From Eledone cirrhosa (taxonomy: Eukaryota), in NCBI GenBank assembly GCA_964016885.1, contig OZ024743.1, positions 256,184,001 through 256,248,000 of the forward strand: DNA of 64,000 nucleotides. The letters are read 5' to 3'. Shown in pieces: positions 55,095 to 64,000 of this stretch. Both the position numbers and the translations under genes were made by a program. The notes under the pieces were generated by a model. It was not told the origin of the DNA, made no database searches, and was given only the letters and a program-made list of their open reading frames with translations. How positions within the stretch are numbered: position 1 is the first letter of the stretch; each line of letters opens with the position of its first letter.

Positions 55095-55700
55095 ACCCGT
55101 GTTCCTTTCCCTCTCACCTACCACCCCATCACCCTACCACTCCAGCGAAATATCCTCCATTACATCCGTATCCTCTCTTCTGACGCCATCACTTCTTGAT
55201 TTTTTCCAAACACACCCATTACTGCGTTTAAGCGCGTCCGCAACCTCCATGACGTCCTGGTTCGCAGTTCCTTCCCATCCTCTCCCATGACTCCACCCGG
55301 CTCTCATCCTTGTTCCCGTTCCCGCTGTAACACTTCTCCCTTTATTTCCACCCTCACCACTCTTACAGGCCCTAACGGTCTTTCTGTATCTGCTATTCCT
55401 TCACCTGCACATCCACCCATGTTGTCTATGCCCTCCGATGTTTCCTTTGCAGGTCTTTATATATGACGGACCGTTTTTGCCGAATATTTGAGGGACATAC
55501 GACTCAGTTTGGATACTCCTGTCACCCGTCATTTCTGTTCTCCTGGTCATTCTTCCCTACATGTTTCAGTCCTGCGTGTCCTTTTACATCATGGATCACA
55601 GGCCTCGCGCACCAGGATGAACAAAATCTTATTCCCCTCTTGGACTCAACTCACCTCCCCAATTTCTCTAATAACCTGTCCATTATCACACCCCTAGATT
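55095..55700 (+). mobile_element. Penelope-like remnant (Neptune-type linker and GIY-YIG)
   Basis: FPLTYHP..PITAFKRVRNLHDVLVRS..SHPCSRSRCNTSPFI..FTCTSTHVVYALRCFLCRSLY..PVTRHF. Confidence 0.8.
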
Positions 55701-56198
55701 CTCTTGATCATTAACATCTTCTCTTACAACTAATACATGCTGACTATATATGCTCACTCCACTTTTCCCTTCACTGCTCTGTACACACACATACACACCC
55801 TTATATTAACATACTTTTGCTCATAGCTTCGTACTTACATGCACACACATTCTTTTACTCACATATACACACACATTACTTCTTAGCTTCATACGGACGT
55901 ATACTAACACACACACACACATGAGCGTGCTTTAGGTGATTGTCGATCAAATGATGAGCTGCCCGCATAAGAGTAAAAGATCTTTATAGGTTGTTAATAA
56001 ATAGTTTTAGAGTAAATTGATTATATTTTTATGTTTTATATATCTTTATATAGATATATATATTCCAGAAGTGGTTGTTTGACTGTGTAAGTGTGTGTCT
56101 GCGTGTAGATCCCGAGGAAAATCAGGGTTAACCACAGTTAAAAAATGTAAATAATATATTAGTAAAATATAAACATTATTATTTAATTATAGGAATGG

Positions 56199-56270
56199 CT
56201 ACTACAGGACTAGAACTGTTTCAGTCATATAAAATCATCAGGAATAAAACAGTTCTCGACCTGTAAAAGC
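56199..56270 (-). ncRNA. Degenerate hammerhead of the 33473 family at the centre of a short fold-back
   Basis: Minus: TTC-CTGATGA-TTTTATATGACT-GAAACAG-TTCTAGTC-CTGTA; inverted AAACAGTTCTCGACCTGTA follows on the plus strand. Confidence 0.6.
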
Positions 56271-56689
56271 AATTTCTATATTAAATAATGATATATGTGC
56301 ATTCATATCCTCAGTATCATCACTGCTAACATTTGTTTTCTATACTTGCATGGGCTAGATGCGTTGCCACATTTTGAGGCTAGACATGTCAGGTGACTAA
56401 GTCGTGCTTATATGCTCTGTTTTGGGACTAGTTTTCTATGGCTGGATGCCATTCCTATTGTCAACCACTTTACAGCCTAAACTGGGAGCATTTTGCATAG
56501 CACCAGCATTCATGGCTTTATCATCTCCCAGGGTTGACTGAGTACTATTTTGTCATGGCACCAGCAAAACCACCTTACAGAGTGGGCTTGGTGCTTTTAC
56601 CATAGCACCCGACACTACCACTTTAAAGGTTGGACTAGGTTGTTTTATCATGGCACTAGCACTACCACCCATATAATATATATATAAGT

Positions 56690-57028
56690 GGAGGCACATG
56701 GCTTAGTAGTTAGAGCATTGGTCTTGCAATCGAAAAGTTGTGAGTTCAATTCTCAGACCGGGTGATGTGTTGTTTCCTTGAGCAAGACACTTTATTTCAC
56801 ATTGCTCCAGTTTACTCAGCTGTAGAAATGAGATGATAGGGACTGGGGGCCCTATTATTCCACTGCAAAGTGGTCGTGGAGGTGCCATGGCAAAAAAGCA
56901 CCCAGCACTCACTGTAAATGAGGTTGGTGTTAGGAAGGGCATCCAGCTGTAGAAATCAAGCCAGAATCAGTTCCCGTCCCACCCTTGCAAGCAGGGACCA
57001 GTGGACGTAAAAATGATGATGATTATGA
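56690..57028 (+). mobile_element. SINE family B, full length
   Basis: Highly similar to 42289-42629. Confidence 0.9.
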
Positions 57029-57369
57029 TATAATTAATGTGAAGACTAATATCGGAAGAGAGCTCGATAAGGATTATATAAAAACACGTAGAGCAGATAT
57101 TTATTATAAGAACAGATTCAAGTTTAAGCAAAGAATCACTGATTTCACTCTTAACAGGATCTGATCCCGTTAAGGGTGAAAGCAGCAATTCTTTGCTTAA
57201 ACTTTAATCTGTTCTTATAATATATATATATATTTATATACTTTAATGCCAGCAAATAGTGTTTTGTTGATATGCCTTTATTGATATTATCCCTACAAAC
57301 AGATAGGATTATGTGTGTGCAACTTATTTAGAATAGATACTAGCTATTCTTGTGTCTATGTAGTTTAGA

Positions 57370-57602
57370 GAAGGTGCACTGTATTTCTGTGTGCATCTGG
57401 TTTAAAATAGGTACACTATTCCTGTACCTGGTTTAAAATAGATACACTATATTCCTGCATGTATCTGGTCTATAATGGGCACACTGTATTCCTGTGTGAA
57501 TCTGGTTTAGAATAGGTATACTGTATCCCAGTGTGTATCTGGATTAGAATAAGTACACTGTATTCTTTGGGGTACCAAGTTTAGAATGGATTCACTGTAT
57601 CC
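57370..57602. repeat. Diverged minisatellite, about 37-bp unit
   Basis: Recurrent CTGGTTTA(A/G)AATAGGTACACT(G)TATTCCTG. Confidence 0.75.
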
Positions 57603-58066
57603 ATGCATGTTGTAATAGGTGATTAAAAGAAGAGCATCTGCCAAGAAGAGTATCTGACCATAAAACATTACCTCAGAAAGGAATGTATGATGAGCATGAA
57701 GTCCATCATGACATCATGCAAACGAAAAGGACCTTAAAACACTTGCTGCAGCATACCATCATATATAATATAGACTGTACCATTCTATATATCATTGTCT
57801 AAACTGTCCTATATACTATTTTCCTTATTATTCTATATTTTTTGCCCTCACCGTCCAATATTATATTGTCTATACCATCCTATATTGTCTATAAAATCCT
57901 ATATAGTATAGTCCATACCATCCTATATGCTCTATATCACTCTATATTGTATAGTATTGTTCATATGAATGTTTCTTTCGATTGAAGTGATGGTTTTAAT
58001 TTTAACTATTTATTCTTTTACTGTTTAGGTGAGGAAGGAAAAAACAAAGCTAATAACCATACCCAT

Positions 58067-58387
58067 GGAGGCACATGGCTTAGTGGTTAGAGCATTGGCC
58101 TTGCAATCGATAGGTTGTGAGTTCAATTCTCAGACCCGGTGATGTGTTGTTTCCTTGAGCAAGACACTTTATTTCACATTGCTCCAGTTTACTCAGCTGT
58201 AGAAATGAGATGATAGGGGCTGGGATCCCTATCATTCCACTGCAAAGTGGTCGTGTAGGTGCCACGGAAAAAAGCACCCAGCACTCACTGTAAATGAGGT
58301 TGTTGTTAGGAAGGGCATCCAGCTGTAGAAATCAAGCCAGAATCAGTTCCCGTCCCACCCTTGCAAGCAGAGAAAAGCGGATGTAAA

Positions 58388-58418
<31 letters not shown>
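58067..58418 (+). mobile_element. SINE family B, full length
   Basis: Highly similar to 56690; (ATG)n tail. Confidence 0.9.
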
Positions 58419-58419
<1 letters not shown>

Positions 58420-59454
58420 AACTGCTGAAACTGATGGGAGGAAGAAAAGGAGAGACCTCAAACTAGAGACATCTTCCAATAAAGTAGACTTTATACTACA
58501 CTAAAAGTACCCAAGTGATAGGTGTTGCTTTAGTTATTTATATTCTATGTATCATCCAGGCAGATATGATAACATATTTTGAATATTTGTTTCATCTCTT
58601 TATATTCTGAGTATCATCCAGACAGGTGTGTCAAAATACTTTGCAATATTTGTTTCAGCTGTTTACATTCTGAGAATCCAGGCAGATGTGACAAATTTGT
58701 CTGTGTCTGGATAACAGATGGAAATCATGTAAAAAGAAAAAAAAGAAAACCTGAAAGAAGGCAACTGAAAACCATCTTTGTATTTTTTGTGAAAAAATGT
58801 CCATGATATGCATATAGGATTTACTTAGTAATTCTGAAAGAACGGGTAAAACCTGTGGCCTTCAAAGGCCCCCAAGACCTAATAGTCAGCACCACTTTCT
58901 TAGGATTTTTGTTTCATTTTAATTAATATATCTTTGGAAGGTGGAGAATTGGCAGAGTAGATAGGGTTTAAGATTAAAAATGTCTTAATATTTCTTCCCG
59001 CTCACTGTGTTCTGAGGTCAAATCCTTTCAAAGTCAACTTTGTCTTTATACTTTCGATCTCGATAAATCAGGTAACCATCCAGTATTGCAGTTGATTCTT
59101 TCTCTTTCACACATTATGTTACAATAGTAAAACTAAGAACAGTGTTGAACAAGGCCAAAGGTTAGCTTTGCAAGCACCTTTCTGGCACCTTTAAAACACA
59201 CATGGCTACAGTGGACCAATCATAAATCAGATAGACATATTATGCTGTAATGGTAAAACTAACGATAGTGTTGAACTTCCCAATCTTGCCCCCAGCATAT
59301 CCCATACAAAACAAAAGAAAATCAAAGCCATTAACAAACTATGTTAGTAACAAACAAATATAAATACTGTGCTGATATTTGCCAATATCTTAATGCATTT
59401 TTCTTTGCTTGGAACTCATAAAATTCTAATCATGAGCTCCTTATAGAGAATAAC

Positions 59455-59682
59455 TTGATGTACATGATGGTGGTGATGTTGATAAAGGTGTTAGTGGCAG
59501 TTGTGATGAAGATGGAGAGGATGATGATAGTGAGGATGTTGGTAATGCTGTTGCTACCGATGGTGATGATATTAATGATGGTGATGGTGATCACGATGTT
59601 GATAATGATGATGAGAATGGCATTGGTAATGTTGATGTTGATGATAGTGATGTGGATGGTGAGGGTAGTTATGATGATGATA
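59455..59682. repeat. Degenerate (GAT)n/(GGT)n trinucleotide repeat
   Basis: Direct reading. Confidence 0.85.
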
Positions 59683-60394
59683 GCACGTGAAACTCGTTAG
59701 AAAGAAATTCATCAATAATAGCAGAGATTTGCATCCCCCCACCCAACCCCCAAACAATAAAAAAGGAATGTAAATAAATAAGTAAATACCACACCAGCAC
59801 CACCACCAGCACCACAACCACCACATCAAAATAAAATAAAAACATCTGAAAGGTAAGACACTATTTTAATTAATTTATATACCTGACATAGCTGCAATAG
59901 ACAATTGATAGTTGACAATAGATAATACAGAGTGTATAACAATGGGAATGCATTTGAGTGCAACAACAAAATATTGCACATAATTGCACCTATTTTACAT
60001 TTGGATAACAGCATAAAACCTATTTGTATTAATACAGACCTAGTTTTGGCAACTGCACCTATTATAATGAATGTGCAAGGAAAGAAAAAATACATAACCA
60101 AAAATAGTTGAAAATGAACATATTTTGCCAGAAATATTATTAAAACAAAAGAGAAAAATGTTTATATAGATTTTTGTTGATTTTTATAGCGATTTCTATA
60201 TTGATTTTATATATTACTACAATTGATGGAATGAACACAGAGATAACATATTCAATAAAAAATATGTCCTCAGCTTGACCATCAGTTTGTATATATTTAA
60301 AGAAAAATAAGTTTCCAAGAATGGTTGTTACCAAAATAAACCTTATGTATGTATTGCGTATGTATATAAGTATATACATATATATATATACACG

Positions 60395-61090
60395 AACAGT
60401 GAAACATAAACGAACTAAGTGAGAAATTAGGATTAAGAGGAATCAGATGCAATTTACTTGAGAAGAGATTACATTGGTATGGTCATGTGATGAGCCTGAA
60501 AGACAAGAGCTGTATAAACAAGTACAGGGTGATCAAAATTGATGGAAGCTACAGAGTAGGTAAACATAGAAAAACCTGGGATGACATGATAAAAAACTGA
60601 CCTTGCACACTTACATCTCTTTCTAAGATAATGTCACTGGATCAAGACCTTTGGTGCAATGCAGTAATACAGAAGACCCGCCTTCCCTTCCATGGAAGTT
60701 AAATCTACAGTCAGTTGGCACCTCTTAACCAAATATGCACCTCACCCCACTACCCTTACTCCATCCTCCCACTTCCACCCACACCACCCTTTCTCTGTAA
60801 AGTTATGTTGGTACTACAGAACATCCAGTCCACACTGTAAAGTTGTCATGTAGGTGTCACAACAAAAAGCACACAGTTCATGCTGTAAAGTGGTTGTGTA
60901 GGGGACACGGTTGAAAGGCTCTCAGTCCACACTGTAAATGTGGTTGGTGTTAGGAAGGGCATCCAGCCATAGAAAACCTGACAGATACAGTTCTATACAA
61001 GCAAGACACGGTCACCCACCCAATCTTGCCTCAAGTTGGACAGTCCTGTCTAACCCATGCTAGCGTGGAAGATAGATGTTAAACGATAGA
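60395..61090 (+). mobile_element. RTE LINE 3' fragment, same family as 45206-46692
   Basis: NELSEKLGLRGIRCNL..RLHWYGHVMSLKDKSCI; 3' UTR matches 45230-45870 inverted. Confidence 0.88.
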
Positions 61091-61337
61091 TGTTAAACAC
61101 ATATATATATATATATACACACACACACATATATATATATATATAGTGGTGTGAAGGGATGATTAAATAATGAGGCAGCTACATTTCAGTGTAAAATATG
61201 TATGAAGAAAGTTACAGATTGAGAGGATATTGAGTTGGATATTGGGAATGATGTGAAGATAGGATGTTTAGAAATGTTTTGTTACTTAAGAGAAATGTTT
61301 AAACGACAAGGCGGATTAGATTCCACAACATTATTTA

Positions 61338-61531
61338 GGGCGGTGGATTGGCAGTATCAGTAGACAGTCGGACGCCATGCTTTGCAGCATAGAGTTACGT
61401 CCCTTTACGGTCTGAGTTCAAATCCCACCTAGGTTAACTTTACTTTTCATCCTTACAGGGCCAATAAAATAAAGAACCAGTAATGCACTGGGATAATTGC
61501 TGGCCTCGTGCCAAAAGTGGAAACAATTATT
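61338..61531 (+). mobile_element. SINE family A, near full length, inserted into an older decayed LINE-like fragment (about 61150-61770)
   Basis: GGGCGGTGGATTGGCAG..GAGTTCAAATCC (B-box-like)..TTTCATCCTTAC..GTAATGCACTGGG..AAACAATTATT. Confidence 0.82.
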
Positions 61532-62729
61532 TAGAGTGAGGTGTGCATGAAAGATGTTCCAGTGACTGAATGGTGTGCTTAAGGAGGAGAGTGTTACTAA
61601 AACTGAAGAGAAAGAAATGTTAATGCTTCTTGTGTGAGAAGTGCCCTGATATAAAGGAGTGACATATGACTGACGAACATGGAGTAACACAGAAGGCTGG
61701 AAAGAACAGAAATGAGTATGGTTTAGAAGATGAGTGGAATATTTGTAAAGAGCTGAAGAGAAGCAATGAGAGGGTGTCATGTCCTTGACACAAGAGAAGG
61801 GTCCTCTCAACTCTGTTTGATACATTTTCTATGGCTGGAGGCCGTTCCTAATACCGTTTCATTAGTAATTTTGATTAATATAAATAATGTTGGTAGCCTC
61901 ACACTCCATCACTTCTCCCTACTCAACACAGGTTGAAAATTAACCTAGCATTTCAAAGTCAAGGATGAAGGGGTGTCACGCTGTCTAGGGGCACATTCCA
62001 TGTACTGTCAGCTGGAATCATTTGAACCTGGGTCTTTATATATATATGCATATTAAAAGTGGACAAATGTTGAAATATTTTTATACTGTTCTCACTATTA
62101 TTTTTTATGTAATATTTTGTTGCTGTGCTTTTCTTGAGAGGGTGGGAGGTTATAGTCTCTGCAGTCTCTGTTAGATAGTCAGGTGATTGAACTGGTACAC
62201 TTAGTTGTGAGTGATTGTTTTTTTTTGGGGGGGGGGGGGGTGTTATTGTGACCTTAACCTCGTATATTTTGTCAGAACCTTGAAAGAGGGAGAAAGGAAG
62301 GGGGAAGAGAAAAAAATATCCTGAAACTAGAAAGCTACCTTGAATTTTTGTGACAGAATGAACTCTGCTAAATATCTGATGTAAGTTAAAGGCAGCTGTA
62401 AGGAGGTGGGTGTTGACAATGGGAAGAATATGTAAAACATTAGCACTAAAGTGGCATACTCTTTCATTTAACACACACAAACATACACACAGAGAATTAC
62501 ACAAACACATATTTACAAACAGATACACATATACACAAGTATATATACGAAAATACACACATATATATACATATATACATATGCATGTATATACATACAC
62601 ACATACACCTATAAAACACACACATATATACACCTACATACATAACACACACACACATATATGTATGTATCATTTTCAGCATTTGCCATTTTAAGGCTGT
62701 TTTCCACTATGTGTGTATATACGTGTGTG

Positions 62730-62772
<43 letters not shown>

Positions 62773-63478
62773 TTCTTTACTATATGTGTGTATATAATAT
62801 GTAAATATGTATGCTTTCTTGTGGCAATGGATGATACAACATTAGGAGAATTTTATACCCTCTCCTGTAGCTAATATTTATGGTAGAAAGGATGAGAACA
62901 CAAAAAAAGAAGAAGAAGATGAACAACAGCATGAGGGGGGGGGGTGACAAAAAAGAAGGATGACAAGGAGGAGCCAGTAAAAACACAGATAGTGTTTCTT
63001 TCTATACAAATGTTCCTTCTTTCTTCCTCACTATCATCCACCCCATACCTCCATACTGATTTCCTTCCAGCTGACAGCTCATGAATAAATCAGCTCTTGT
63101 TTTAAGGAGAAGCAGAGAAACATTCTTACAGGAAGTGGTTAAGCATGCTTTATTTCACCAATGTTAAAAACATCACGCAAGGAAAATAACAATAAAAAAT
63201 GAAGCAGAAAATGCACACAAGGAGCAAACAAACAAACAAACATGATATTAAATGAAAAGAATCAGAGTAAGGGGTAGAAAGAAAGAACTTGTTTACATTC
63301 CCCATGTCAGGAATGTTTCCACTAAAGATCAGGATCTTGGAGAGTGTAAAAATCACATTTAGAAAATATCTACCTATTATTGTTCTTCTTGTTGTTATAG
63401 CTATAATATGAAGTGTTTGTGACATTCCCTTGCATAATATTGTTTTTTTAACGATTTCCTTTTTCTTCTTCATTCTGA

Positions 63479-63490
63479 TTGTTATTGTTA

Positions 63491-63552
<62 letters not shown>
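63479..63552. repeat. (ATT)n microsatellite
   Basis: Direct reading. Confidence 0.95.
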
Positions 63553-63588
63553 TTATATGTGATATCAACACCGTGGTATGAACACACA

Positions 63589-63624
<36 letters not shown>

Positions 63625-63675
63625 GGAAAATAGTAAAATCGAATCTCTGGTAGTTTGCAAGTAAATTCGTCCTAC

Positions 63676-63735
<60 letters not shown>

Positions 63736-63760
63736 CACACATTCACACACATATATGTAT

Positions 63761-63807
<47 letters not shown>

Positions 63808-63808
<1 letters not shown>

Positions 63809-63955
63809 CATCATCATCATCATCATCATTTCACATCCGCTTTTCCCTGCTTGCAAAGGTGGACGGGAGCTGATTCTGGCTTGATTTCTACAGCTGGATG
63901 CCCTTCCTAACACCAACCTCATTTACAGTGAGTGTTAGGTGCTTTTTTTTCCTGG
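63808..63955 (-). mobile_element. SINE family B 3' fragment
   Basis: Reverse complement of the tail at 58270-58418. Confidence 0.85.
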
Positions 63956-64000
63956 GAGCTTCCAACAGTAATGGTTGCATTCTTTAAGGGTATGTCAATA

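Noticed and set aside
55950-55990. ATGATGAGCT..AGTAAAAGATCTT, hammerhead-like, downstream of the Neptune-type remnant
   Set aside because: Both core halves are mutated; too degenerate to call
59455-59829. Met/Val-rich and His-rich ORFs
   Set aside because: Degenerate GAT/CAC trinucleotide repeats

Overview
AT-rich, repeat-saturated animal DNA with no supportable host protein-coding gene. The SINE and RTE families and the (TA)n density suggest a cephalopod such as Octopus (inference). The window opens with a near-identical 452-bp tandem array (about 8.8 units) that runs into a 200-N gap. The rest is (TA)n/(CA)n microsatellite interleaved with decayed transposons: a near-full-length Penelope-like element (PLE) with RT, GIY-YIG endonuclease and two pseudo-LTRs, several other PLE endonuclease remnants, RTE, CR1-like and CRE-like LINE fragments, Helitrons, a mariner relic, MITEs and two SINE families. 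The main hidden signal is about 25 type I hammerhead ribozyme (HHR) motifs from roughly 15 sequence families, all read and folded by eye. Most sit in short pLTR-like cassettes next to (TA)n tracts, and many cassettes are fold-back inverted repeats. Most motifs have a palindromic stem III, several have very long stem II inserts, and non-canonical cores recur (U3-A8, C3U, U4C, U4A, G8A). Nearly all long ORFs in the supplied track are microsatellite artefacts.
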